From: an uncultured Planctomycetaceae bacterium
GTDB taxonomy: Bacteria > Planctomycetota > Planctomycetia > Isosphaerales > Isosphaeraceae
Assembly (NCBI GenBank): GCA_963833985.1
Contig: CAWIAD010000002.1
Location: 4,352,001 to 4,416,000 of the forward strand
Direction of reading: 5' to 3'
DNA: 64,000 bases
Each line of letters begins with the position of its first letter. The stretch's first letter is position 1. Below are positions 21,550 to 31,555 of this stretch, piece by piece. Under the pieces are notes generated by a model, which was not told the origin of the DNA, did not search any database, and saw only the letters and a program-made list of their open reading frames with translations. The translations under genes were made by a program, and so were the position numbers.

Positions 21550-22546
21550 ATGACTGATGGAAGAAGCGAACCCGACTACGGCCAGGAGACTGGCAGCGAG
21601 GGGGACCTCGACTACCTGGAGACGATCGCCCTGCTCCAGGACGAGATCGCGCGCCTGGAATCCGAGCTGCTTGCCCAGCAGGATCTCGCGGCTCGTTCCT
21701 CTTTGGGCGGCCATTCCCGGACCGCGGCCGAAGCGGACGGCGTGGCGGCAGACCGGCATCACCTGGAGCAAATGGCCGCGGAACTGGCTGCGCGGGAGGA
21801 GACGATCAACCTGCTGCTCGAACAGCTTCGCCTGGTCGAGGAAGCCGAGTCGGCCAGCCGGCTGGAATGGGAGCAGCTCTCGGAGTGGGTCTCCGAGGTC
21901 GAGGAGCGGCTTGAGCGGCAGGCAGAGACAGCCGCCGGACAATCCGCTCAGGAGCTGGAAACGCAGCGCCGCGCGCTTGAGGAGTCTCGCGCACGCCTGG
22001 GCGTGGAACGGCAGGCCTGGACGACGCAGCGCCGCGACCTGGAAAACGAGATCGCTCGGCTGCAATCCCTGCTGGCACAGACGGCGAAGGAAGGTGCCGG
22101 CAGCGGCGACCGGGCCGGGATGGAACTCCTCGAATCCGAGAACCAGCGCCTCATGAAGCAGTGCCAGGAGTTGCAAAAGGCGGCCTTTTCCGAGATGGAG
22201 TCGCTGCGCCAGGAGGTCGAGGCGGCGCGGCAAGGCAAGGAAGAGGCCCGCAAGACCTGCGAACAGGTCCAGGACGAACGCGACCGCGAACGCCGGGAAT
22301 ACGAGATCGCGATTACCTCGATCCGCGCAGTCGTCTCGGGCGGCCCTCGTCGCGCACGAGAGCGAACTGGCCGTCGTCCGGCCCGTCGCGGCTGCCGAGC
22401 CGGCCGGCGCGATCGAGGCTGATCTGCGGATCCGCGAGTTCCGGCAGCATCTCAAGGAGATTCACAACCACGAGGCGGAGGCGCGGAACCGCAACCGGCT
22501 GGGCGCACGGCTATCACGCCTCTGGACCAGGACGGCACCACGATGA
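21550..22546 (+). CDS. Long coiled-coil protein, frameshift near 22326
   Basis: E/Q/R/L heptads; an alternative frame continues QSSRAAL...RIREFRQHLKEIH...LGARLSRLWTRTAPR and ends in an ATGA overlap with the next gene. Confidence 0.72.
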
Positions 22547-23143
22547 ATATGAGCCCCTCCCACTCGAACGAGCGAACCATTGAGCTGCGTGCCAGACCGC
22601 GATCCGCGAAGGCCGCGCTGCCCTCAGCGACCGCTGTCTCGCCTGCCGACGCGGTCCTGAAAGTCAATCTCGAGGAGCTGCGCCGCTACGTCCTTCGCCG
22701 GCTCGATTCGATCGAGGCGCTGGCCAGAGGCTGCTCCGGAGTGCCCTCCGCCGAGCTGGCGCGGTCCGAGCAGATGCTCAAGCAGACGCTCGAGGAGCTG
22801 GAGCGGGAACGTAACCGCGCACGCATCGACGCGGCCGGCCCGGACGCGGCAGGGAAGCAGATGCTGATGCAGCTCGAGAACGACCGGCAGTTGCTCACGG
22901 ACGCCTGGGAACGGCTGGAACAGGAACGCATTGACGCGCTCACGCAGGGAACGACCGCCCGGCCGGCCCACGCTGACCACGCGCCTCATCCGGTCGACGC
23001 TCAGGTCGTGCACGGCCAGCCTGCGCAGCGCCGGCATGGGCGCGGAGAACGCCAACCCCGTCGCGGAGTCCATCCTTCGTCAGTTTCAAACGCTCTGTAG
23101 CGATGTCCGCCGCACGACGGACGCTCGCCTCTCACCGCATTGA
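22543..23143 (+). CDS. Coiled-coil hypothetical protein, probable frameshift at about 22960-23030
   Basis: LEELRRYVLRRLDSIE, LENDRQLLTDAWERLEQERI; helical tail ESILRQFQTLCSDVRR in ORF 22931-23143. Confidence 0.62.
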
Positions 23144-23157
23144 TAGGGCGCCACCCC

Positions 23158-24263
23158 ATGTCCGTGAACCTTTCCCTGGAGCAGAAACGCAAAGGTGAGC
23201 AGGACGCCCCGCGGCACGACCGGCCCACCCCGGTCGCCTCGGCCTTACCACGCCGTCACCGCGGTCTGGCCGGACGCTTCCTGGCATGGATCGCACCCGG
23301 CAAGCCAGCCCGCGCCGGATCCTCCAGAACCGCCAGTGACGGCGACCGGAACGCCGCCGCCGAGCGATCCGCCGAGGAGCGCGGCAATCCCGACCTGGGA
23401 ATGGCCCGCAAGCTCATCGCCCAGGACCGCTACGGATTCGTGCTGCTGCGCGAAGCCATGGGACAGATCGACGACAGTGACGTCCGCACCGCCTGGGGAG
23501 CACTGAATACGCAGATGGCCCTGGTGCCGGCCGGCAACGTGCCCCTCATGCTCTGCGACGGCAGCCTGGCGGCCGTTGAACTGGAAGGCTTCTACCTCGA
23601 CCGCTGTGCGGTCACCAACCGTCAGTTCCAGCGGTTCGTGACCTCGGGCGCTTATGACGACCTGCAAATCTGGCCGACGGAAGTCTGGCCCAGCGTGGCC
23701 CGGTTCACCGATCTTTCGGGCCGGCCAGGCCCGCGCGACTGGGAGCACGGCAAGTTCCCCGCCGGAAAAGCCGAACATCCCGTCGTGGGAGTCTGCTGGT
23801 ACGAGGCCGTGGCATATTCCCGCTGGGTCGGCAAGCGCCTGCCCACGGCTGCCGAGTGGCAGAAGGCCGGCGGCTGGCCCGAGCAGCTCAGCGGAGGTAC
23901 CTGCAACCGCTATCCCTGGGGCAACATGTATGAGCCGTGCGCACCAACCTCTCCTCGTCCGGGCTTGGGCATACCGTGCCCGTTCGCGAGTATCCCGCGG
24001 GCGCCACGCCCAACGGCATTTACCAGATGACCGGCAACGTCTGGGAATGGCTCGACGACCCGCTGGAAACCATTCCATGCAGGCCCGGCGAGTATTTCCA
24101 GGCGTGGAAGCCGTTGCGCCGGATCATCGGCGGCGCATTCAATACCTACTTCCCCAACGAGGCAACCTGCCAGTTCGTCACCGGCCAGGCCGAGCTCGAT
24201 CGCCGTGAGAACATCGGCTTCCGGTGCGCCTTGAGCCTCCACCAGCTTCAGCCCTTGCCCTGA
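23158..24263 (+). CDS. FGE-sulfatase/SUMF1-domain protein, frameshift near 23935
   Basis: FYLDRCAVTNRQF, HPVVGVCWYEA, RLPTAAEWQKA, YPWG, GIYQMTGNVWEW, NIGFRC split over two ORFs. Confidence 0.85.
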
Positions 24264-24341
24264 GCCTGTTTGAACACTGCGCACGCAACCCCGGCCGAAC
24301 TTGCTTGACCTTCACAGATGCTGGCTTTTTCGAGAGTTCCC

Positions 24342-25244
24342 ATGTCGAACGCACCGTTGCTCATGGAGTACAACCGGCAGGCGAGCGACTTCGCGTGCCC
24401 CCTGTGCGGGGGCCACACTTACGAGGGTGAGCCCTGCGGCACTTGCTTCGTCCCCTTCAAGGTCATCGAATCGATCCGCTCGCGCCCGCACCCTCCCCGG
24501 TTCGTGGTGGTCCTGGGACCGACGGGCGTGGGCAAGACTGTCTACCTGGGCATGCTGCTGGACCAGCTCTCCCGCGGCGCCAGCGGACTCCAGGGTCTGT
24601 CGCGCAGCCCGTACTCGCTGACCTTGCACCGCAACTTGATTCTGGCGCTGGAGCGCCAGAGGTTTCCCGAGAAGACTCCCGTCGAGACGGACCGCTGGAA
24701 CTGGCTGCACTGCGAGATCATGACTGCGCGGGGTAAGAACAAGGGAGCGGCCGATATCGTCACGCCCGACGTCGCCGGCGAGGCCGTCAGCGCGGAGATG
24801 GAGAATCCGGGTACGCACAAGACCATTCGCGCGTTGATCAGCCGGTGCTCGGGTATGGTTGTCCTGGTGGATCTGGTGGAGGTCGTGGCCGACGGACGGG
24901 GCCAGGAGCTGTTCGCGATGCAGCTCATCAGCTACCTGGATGCTCTGCGTCCGGGCCGCAAGAAAGCCCGCAAGCTGGAGATCCCGGTCGCGGTCGTCTT
25001 CACCAAGGCCGACCTCTTCGAGGAGTGGATCAGCGATCCCGAGGCATTCGCGCGGGGGAACGTCTCCAGCCTGCATGCCCAGTGCCAGGCCCGGCTGGAG
25101 CACTACGCGTTTTATTGCTCCGGCGTGGCCGGCTCGTCGGCCAAGCTGGTGAGCGACTCGGGTCAGGAGTACCTGGTCCCCCTGCGCGTCGAGCCCAGAG
25201 GAATCATCGAGCCGTTCGCGTGGATGGTCGACAAGCTGGGCTAA
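24342..25244 (+). CDS. TRAFAC-class GTPase with N-terminal Zn ribbon (double-GTPase-like)
   Basis: CPLC..CGTC; G1 GPTGVGKT, G2 PEKT, G3 DVAGE, G4 TKAD; C-terminal GIIEPFAWM. Confidence 0.82.
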   Translation: MSNAPLLMEYNRQASDFACPLCGGHTYEGEPCGTCFVPFKVIESIRSRPHPPRFVVVLGPTGVGKTVYLGMLLDQLSRGASGLQGLSRSPYSLTLHRNLILALERQRFPEKTPVETDRWNWLHCEIMTARGKNKGAADIVTPDVAGEAVSAEMENPGTHKTIRALISRCSGMVVLVDLVEVVADGRGQELFAMQLISYLDALRPGRKKARKLEIPVAVVFTKADLFEEWISDPEAFARGNVSSLHAQCQARLEHYAFYCSGVAGSSAKLVSDSGQEYLVPLRVEPRGIIEPFAWMVDKLG

Positions 25245-25256
25245 AGGAATGCGCAC

Positions 25257-25919
25257 GTGTGGGCGGAGCAGGCGATCTTCACATCTCTTCCCCGCAACGG
25301 CCGCGGGGGATACCACCTGGTCTCGCGGTCCAGGGGGATCAGCGGCCAGGAGGCTCAGGCCATCGCGCGCTGGTCGCCATCGCACGGGTCGCTCCAGCAA
25401 GACCAGCATAACCGCGTGAGCGTCAATTTCCACGGCCTTCCCGGCGGGCGGTTCGCGCTCTCGAGGAGCTGCGAGGGACCTCCGGAATACAGCGGCCGGG
25501 GCGGCCGCCAGCTTTACACGCACGTGCTGGTGATCGACCTGGAAAGCCTTCAGACCGTCGGCGGCCAGCCATTCGTGATCTACCGCAACGCCCTGGCGCT
25601 CGGCCACCTGTTCTACCAGGTGAGCCCTGCCGAGCTGCTGGAACCCATCGAGCTGCCGGCATTTCACGGCGAGGTCGACACGGCCGCCTGGCTCACCCGC
25701 GCTCGCAAGCTTGGGTTCCCTCCGCTGGAGCCGATCCGCGAGCGGTTGCTCGGCGGGCGGCCCGTGCGGTTGCCTTACGCCGGCGACCGCGCGGCCCTGG
25801 CCGAATGCCTCGTGGGCTCGCTGGGACCCGGAGCCGTCGCGAGGATCAGCTTCGCCACCAGCCTCCAGCCCTCGTCTGATCGGCCCTTCGTGCTCTCACT
25901 CGTCGACAGCCGGAAGTGA
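25257..25919 (+). CDS. GAP1-N2-like (GTPase-associated protein 1 N-terminal type 2) domain protein
   Basis: EQAIFTS...GYHLVSRSRG, EYSGRGG..YTH pattern recalled for GAP1-N2; GTG start 12 bp after the GTPase stop with AAGGA RBS. Confidence 0.62.
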   Translation: MWAEQAIFTSLPRNGRGGYHLVSRSRGISGQEAQAIARWSPSHGSLQQDQHNRVSVNFHGLPGGRFALSRSCEGPPEYSGRGGRQLYTHVLVIDLESLQTVGGQPFVIYRNALALGHLFYQVSPAELLEPIELPAFHGEVDTAAWLTRARKLGFPPLEPIRERLLGGRPVRLPYAGDRAALAECLVGSLGPGAVARISFATSLQPSSDRPFVLSLVDSRK

Positions 25920-25940
25920 GACCGCCCCGCGCGACCCCAA

Positions 25941-26768
25941 CTAACTGCTCGCGCTGCGGTAGGACCGTAGCGCGTAATGAAAGAACCGGCGGCTGAGCCA
26001 GAGCATGACCACCGCGGCCACGATGGTGAGCACGACGAGAGACGGGTCGAACGCGCGCACCATCACGTTCGCCGGAACGTTCGAGACCACCAGGATCGGC
26101 ACGATGTACGTGAAGAAGTTGCCCAGCGGCTCGCCCAGGGGCCCCGCGAAGATCTCCTTGGGATAGCGCGCGAGGCTAGAAAACATCCACCACATCTCCA
26201 TCAGGCTCTGGTTGCGGACCAGCCAGACCGAGGTCGTCGTGAGCAGCAGCATGAAGCTGTATGCGATCGCGGTGGCGGCAGTCAGGGTGATCACGAACAG
26301 GACCACCCGCCCCGGATCGAAGTGCCATCCTTTCTGCACCAGGGCAATGATCATGAGAGCGCCCCCCATGAGGACATTGGGCGCTGTCCCCCAGTCGATC
26401 CGCCGCAGCGAGATCAGGAATTGCTCGTCGATCGGCCGCAACAGCAGGAAGTCGAGATCACCGGTGCGCACCAGCTCGGCGAACTCGTTGCAGTTCTCGA
26501 AGAAGAGCGTCTCCACGAGGCCGTTGATTGCGAAATAGCAGCCGATGAAGAAGAAGTAATCGGGTTCCGACCAGCCCGCCACGTGGCTGGTGCGGGCGAA
26601 GACGGTGCGGTAGAAGGCGATCATGATCCCCAGCCAGAGCACCTCGACGGAGACCTTCACCAGGAAGTTTCCCCGGAACGCCAGCTCGCGGCTGAGCGCG
26701 TACTGGCCCATGTGATAGAGCAGCCTGAGATACTTGCGCACGCTCGCGAGCACTGGCTCACCCTCCAT
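25941..26768 (-). CDS. ABC-2 family transporter permease
   Basis: Multiple TM helices, VRTGDLDFLLLRP, C-terminal YRSASS. Confidence 0.88.
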   Translation of the reverse strand: MEGEPVLASVRKYLRLLYHMGQYALSRELAFRGNFLVKVSVEVLWLGIMIAFYRTVFARTSHVAGWSEPDYFFFIGCYFAINGLVETLFFENCNEFAELVRTGDLDFLLLRPIDEQFLISLRRIDWGTAPNVLMGGALMIIALVQKGWHFDPGRVVLFVITLTAATAIAYSFMLLLTTTSVWLVRNQSLMEMWWMFSSLARYPKEIFAGPLGEPLGNFFTYIVPILVVSNVPANVMVRAFDPSLVVLTIVAAVVMLWLSRRFFHYALRSYRSASS

Positions 26769-27687
26769 AGGCGCTGTAGCGCGTCAGCCCCAGCCGGTAC
26801 AGACCGCGGCAGAGCAGCATGAAGACGACCACCCACATCAGTTGCAGGACCAGGTGCAGTACCAGCGTCCAGCCCTGCACCTTGCGCAGGAAAACGACGG
26901 CCGGGAAATAGGCCATGTACTGGAACGGCAGGGCTTTCAAGAGGGTGCACCACGGCTCCGGCAGCAGGTCCAGGGGGAGCATGTGTCCGGAGATGAAGAA
27001 GTTGAGCGTCATCACGATGTAGAGCAGCGACGTCACCTCCAGGAACCAGAACCCGACCATCCCCACGGTCGCCTCGAAGTAGAAGCCAACCAGGAACGCC
27101 AGTACCAGCGAGACGACGTAGGCAACCATCGTCAGGGCATCCGGGAAGCCGTCGAAGTAGCTATGGCAGAGCGCGAAGAGCGCGAAATACGGCAAGAACG
27201 ACATCGTGATGTAGGCGAGCTTGTGCGCGATGCGATACGAGAGCAGGTAGCCGATCATGTCGACCGGCTGGATCAGGTAGCGCTTCAGGGTGCCTTCGCG
27301 GATCTCACGCGCGATGCCGCCGGCCAGCCCCGGCATGCTCGAGAACATCCGGCTGATGTTCGTGAGCAGCAGGTAGGCGATCATCTCGCGGTAGCGGAAG
27401 CCCGCCAGCTCCGACGCCTCCGCGCCGTCGTAAATCGCTTTCCAGAGCAGGATCGTCGTCACCAGAGGCAGGAACCGCAGCACCGTCCCGAGCAGGAAAT
27501 CCGCCCGGTAGGTCATCCGTTCCGAGAGCGAGACGCGTACAATCTTGGTGTATTTCTTGATCCGTTCCAGCACGCCGATCGGGGGCGATTGCCGGAGCAG
27601 GACGTCCTTGGCCGAAGCGGCGGTCACAAGCGGTACGTGGGCGGGGGCGGGGGCGGCGGGCGCCGCCAGTCCGTCAGGCGGCGTCAT
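26758..27687 (-). CDS. ABC-2 family transporter permease
   Basis: TYRADF, IREGTLKRYLIQP, SGHMLPLDLLP, C-terminal YSAYGG. Confidence 0.88.
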   Translation of the reverse strand: MTPPDGLAAPAAPAPAHVPLVTAASAKDVLLRQSPPIGVLERIKKYTKIVRVSLSERMTYRADFLLGTVLRFLPLVTTILLWKAIYDGAEASELAGFRYREMIAYLLLTNISRMFSSMPGLAGGIAREIREGTLKRYLIQPVDMIGYLLSYRIAHKLAYITMSFLPYFALFALCHSYFDGFPDALTMVAYVVSLVLAFLVGFYFEATVGMVGFWFLEVTSLLYIVMTLNFFISGHMLPLDLLPEPWCTLLKALPFQYMAYFPAVVFLRKVQGWTLVLHLVLQLMWVVVFMLLCRGLYRLGLTRYSAYGG

Positions 27688-28666
27688 GGTCGAGCCGTGC
27701 CTCCTTGAACACCTTGGCGATGATCTCCTCCAGAGGCGGATCTTCCACCGTCACGTCGGCCAGCGCGTGCCCTTCGAGCACCGCGCTGAGGATCTCGGGC
27801 ACGCGCGTCCGCTCGATCCGGATGTCGACGAAAGGCCCCTCGTTGCGGACCACGTGGCCGAACCGGCCCAGGTCCTGCGGCGCTTCGCCCTCGAACTGGA
27901 ACTTCACCAGCTTTGATTCGCCGAACTTCTCGATGATCCCCGCGAGCGGCCCGTCGTGGACCAGGGCGCCGTGGTTGATCACGATCACGCGCTCGCAGAG
28001 CGCCTCGACGTCGCGCATGTAGTGGCTGGTCAAAAGAACGGTCACCCCGCGGCGATCGTGATAATCGAGCAGGCATTTCTGAATCGCCGCCTGGGCCACG
28101 ACGTCCAGGCCGATGGTCGGCTCGTCCAGCAGCAGCAGCCTCGGCCCGTGCAGCAGCGCGGCGATGAGCTCCATCTTCATGCGCTCGCCAAGCGACAGCT
28201 CGCGAACCGCCTGCCTGGTCAGCTTGCCCACGCCCAGGATCTCGGTCAGCTCCCCGAGCGTCCGGTCGAACTCGGATTGCGGAATCGAGTAGATCTCGCG
28301 ATGGAGCTGGAAGCTATCGGCCGCCGGCAGGTCCCACCAGAGCTGGTTCTTCTGTCCCATCACCAGCGCGAACTGGCGGCGGAAGAGGTCGGCTCGCTGC
28401 CAGGGCACGAAGTCCAGCACCCGTGCCTCTCCGCTGGTCGGGTAGATCAGCCCGGCCAGCATCTTCAGGGTCGTCGTCTTGCCCGCCCCGTTGGGACCCA
28501 GGAACGCCACCATCTCTCCCGGCTCGATGGAGAAGCTGATCCGGTCGACCGCGCGGACCTCGCGATAGTCCCGCTTGTAAAGCCCCCGCAGCGCCCCGAG
28601 CACGCCCTCTTTCTTCTGGAAGACGCGGTAGGTCTTGCTCAGCCCCGTCACATCGATGATTGCCAT
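27674..28666 (-). CDS. ABC transporter ATP-binding protein
   Basis: GPNGAGKTT, LSLGE signature, LLLDEPT, TSH. Confidence 0.93.
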   Translation of the reverse strand: MAIIDVTGLSKTYRVFQKKEGVLGALRGLYKRDYREVRAVDRISFSIEPGEMVAFLGPNGAGKTTTLKMLAGLIYPTSGEARVLDFVPWQRADLFRRQFALVMGQKNQLWWDLPAADSFQLHREIYSIPQSEFDRTLGELTEILGVGKLTRQAVRELSLGERMKMELIAALLHGPRLLLLDEPTIGLDVVAQAAIQKCLLDYHDRRGVTVLLTSHYMRDVEALCERVIVINHGALVHDGPLAGIIEKFGESKLVKFQFEGEAPQDLGRFGHVVRNEGPFVDIRIERTRVPEILSAVLEGHALADVTVEDPPLEEIIAKVFKEARLDHDAA

Positions 28667-29027
28667 GTATCCGCCGGTCCTCGCCTTGCGGCCGTGCCAC
28701 CGTTCCCCAGACCCGCTCTATTGTAGGGCTGGCGCCCCGCCTGCCTAGTGCACTCGCCCGGACGAGGACCAGGGCCCTGCGCGGCCTGGCCCGGGCGCGG
28801 CCGATGCGTCGACCTCCGGGCGGATCGAAGTGCCGGGGATTCGGACATCCCGGACGAGGCGAGTGCGCGGAGCAATCCACGAGCCAGCCCCGGCCGGTGA
28901 GGATCTCGGGTTCCGCGCATGCCGTGCTTCGATCCCGTGCCGAGGAGCCGACATGAGGACGGGGACCCTCGACAGGGCCGCCGAAGCTCGAGGGTACAGG
29001 AATGACGAATGGATCGGCCAGCTGGTC

Positions 29028-30146
29028 TCACACCGGCGCCAGGGGCGTATCGATCCAGGTGCGCTTCGCGTGCGACTCGAGCACGGCGTCGGCGACGAGC
29101 TGGGCGTTCAGGCCATCGTAAAAGCTGGGGACCGCGGGGCGGCCGGCGCTGATCGCGGAGACGAACTCCCACATCAGGTCATAGCGGAACACCGTGGCGG
29201 GAGCCCCTTCGGCGAGACTGCGCGGGCTGTCGGCGGGCTTCAGGAACTCGGGTGGAACGGGCACCGGAGCGAGGTCCTGTCCGGTCTTGCCCAGAAGGAT
29301 CGTGTTCGGCTCGTGCAGGCGGTAGACGGCCGAGCCTTCCGAGCCGTTGATCTCGGCCCATTCGTGGCCGAAGCCGTTGCGCTCGTAGCCCTTGGCCAGC
29401 GTCGTCCCCTCCCACACCCCCGTCGCGCCGCAGGCGAACTCGCCGATCAGGCACGACCAGTCGTCCACCTCGGAGGGCGGGCACGGCTTGCCCTCGGCGT
29501 TGCGGTCGCGCGGTGCAAACCGGGCCACGGCGCCGCAGACCCGCGCAATCGGACCCAGCAGGTCGATTGCGAAGTCGATGCGGTGGATGGTCATGTCGAA
29601 CAGGTCGCCGGCTCCGGCGCGGGCCTTGTACTGCCGCCAGCCCCAGCTCGTTTCCGGCCAGTCGAGGAACCGCTGCGAGCGGAAGTGGCGCGGGCTGCCC
29701 AGCGCCGGACCTGAGCAGGTGCCGCAGGTAGCGCATCGCCGGCGCGAAGCGGTAGGTGAAGGCCGTCATGTGCACCACGCCGGCGTCGGCGCCGCAACAT
29801 ACATGGAGCGCACCTCGGCGGCGTTCAGGCCCAGCGGCTTCTCACACATCACGTGCTTGCCGCCCTGCGCCGCGGCCACGGCGATGGGCCTGTGCAGGTC
29901 GTTCGGCGTGGCGATCACCACGGCGTCAACCAGGTCAGACTTGCAGAGCTCGATCGCATCGGTCGTGACGTGCTCCACGCCCCATTCGGCCTGGCGGCGC
30001 GAGAGCAGCTTCGTGTCGGCGTCGCATATGGCAGTCAGCGTGGCACGCTCATCCAGCCGCAGGCCGGGCAGGTGGTGATAGCCCACCACCGCGCCCACAC
30101 CGATGAACCCGATACGGAGCGGCTGCGACGAAGTAAATGGGGCCAT
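29028..30146 (-). CDS. Gfo/Idh/MocA oxidoreductase, two frameshifts (near 29795 and 29705)
   Basis: RIGFIGVG, IATPNDLH, CEKPL, FTYRF, DMTIHRID spread over three frames. Confidence 0.85.
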
Positions 30147-30300
30147 GAGGAGTGTCCTTTCGGGGTGCTTGCCTTCAATCAACCGTCCTACTATGCTGCA
30201 CGGGACTTCGCAAGGGACCAGCGCCGCTGGCCTCGATTGAGACCCATCGATCCTCTCCCCGGCTGAGCCCCGTGCACCAGCCGCTCCAGGATTCTCCAAA

Positions 30301-31431
30301 ATGGACAGCAACACGCCGATCCGCCTAGCGATCATCGGGCTCGGCTTCGGTGCCGAGTTCATCCCCATCTACCAGAACTACCCAGGCGTGAAACTGACGG
30401 CGATCTGCCGGCGCGACCGCAAAGGACTGGACGAGTGCGGCGACCGCCACGGCATCGCGGGCCGCTACACTGACTACCGCAGGCTGCTGGAAGACCCCGG
30501 GATCGACGCGGTCCACATCAACTCGCCGATACCCGATCATGCCTGGATGTCGATCGAGGCTCTGAAGGCGGGCAAGCATGTGGCCTGCACGGTGCCCATG
30601 GGTACGTCGATCGACGAGTGTCGGCAGATCGTGGAGGCCCGGCGCGCCTCGGGCAAGGTCTACATGATGATGGAGACCGTGGTCTACAGCCGGGAATACC
30701 TCTTTGTCAAGGAGCTGTACGACCGGGGCGAGCTGGGACGGATCCAGTTCTTGCGGGGCAGCCACCAGCAAGACATGGACGGCTGGCCCGACTACTGGCC
30801 GGGCCTTCCCCCCATGTGGTACGCCACGCACTGCGTCAGCCCGTGCCTGGCAATCCTCGGCAAGCTGGCCGCGAGCGTGGTCTGCCACGGCTCGGGCCGG
30901 ATCCGCGAGGAGCTGATCGGACGCTACGGCAGCCCGTTCGCCATCGAGACCGCGACGTTCCAGATCGACGACTGCGACGTGGTGGCCGAGGTGACGCGCA
31001 GCCTGTTCGACACGGCTCGGCAGTATCGGGAGAGCTTCGATGTCTCGGGCAGCAGGAAGTCGTTCGAGTGGCAGCAGGTGGAAGGCGAGGAGCCGGTGAT
31101 CCATACCAAAAGCACACCAGAGCGCCCGCTCTCCGAACCGGAGATTGCGGCGCGTGTGCATGTGCCTGACTACGCCGGCCGGCTTCCCGAGGGGATCCGC
31201 CGGTTCACCCAGCCGTCGGCCATCCAGGATGCCGAGCACCTGTCGTTCCTTCAGGGCGGCGGGCACGGCGGATCGCACCCGCACCTCGTCCACGCATTCC
31301 TGAGCGCCGTGCGCGGCGAGCGCCCGGCCCTGCCCGACGCGGAGACGTCGGCCAACTGGACGATGGTGGGCCTGTGCGCCCACGAATCGGCGTTGCGGGG
31401 TGGCGAGCGAGTGCAGATCCCGCGGTTCTGA
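30301..31431 (+). CDS. Gfo/Idh/MocA oxidoreductase
   Basis: LAIIGLGFG, AVHINSP..H, GKHVACTVP, GGHGGSH. Confidence 0.88.
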   Translation: MDSNTPIRLAIIGLGFGAEFIPIYQNYPGVKLTAICRRDRKGLDECGDRHGIAGRYTDYRRLLEDPGIDAVHINSPIPDHAWMSIEALKAGKHVACTVPMGTSIDECRQIVEARRASGKVYMMMETVVYSREYLFVKELYDRGELGRIQFLRGSHQQDMDGWPDYWPGLPPMWYATHCVSPCLAILGKLAASVVCHGSGRIREELIGRYGSPFAIETATFQIDDCDVVAEVTRSLFDTARQYRESFDVSGSRKSFEWQQVEGEEPVIHTKSTPERPLSEPEIAARVHVPDYAGRLPEGIRRFTQPSAIQDAEHLSFLQGGGHGGSHPHLVHAFLSAVRGERPALPDAETSANWTMVGLCAHESALRGGERVQIPRF

Positions 31432-31555
31432 TCGGTTGATTTTGCCCGTGGAGCAGGCGACGATGAGCCGGCGGGCAGGGCTGTGAAGAGGCGTGAGTCA
31501 GGATCAAGGTGCCAGAGACCGGGCTCGCGAGAGCACGAAAAGCCAGGAGCGATTG

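Noticed and set aside
23158..24263. FGE-fold gene as a diversity-generating retroelement target
   Set aside because: No reverse transcriptase and no template repeat of its 3' end seen in the window
25941..28666. ABC-2 transporter as part of the chemosensory-GTPase system
   Set aside because: Convergent orientation and a widespread three-gene family; no sequence evidence of linkage
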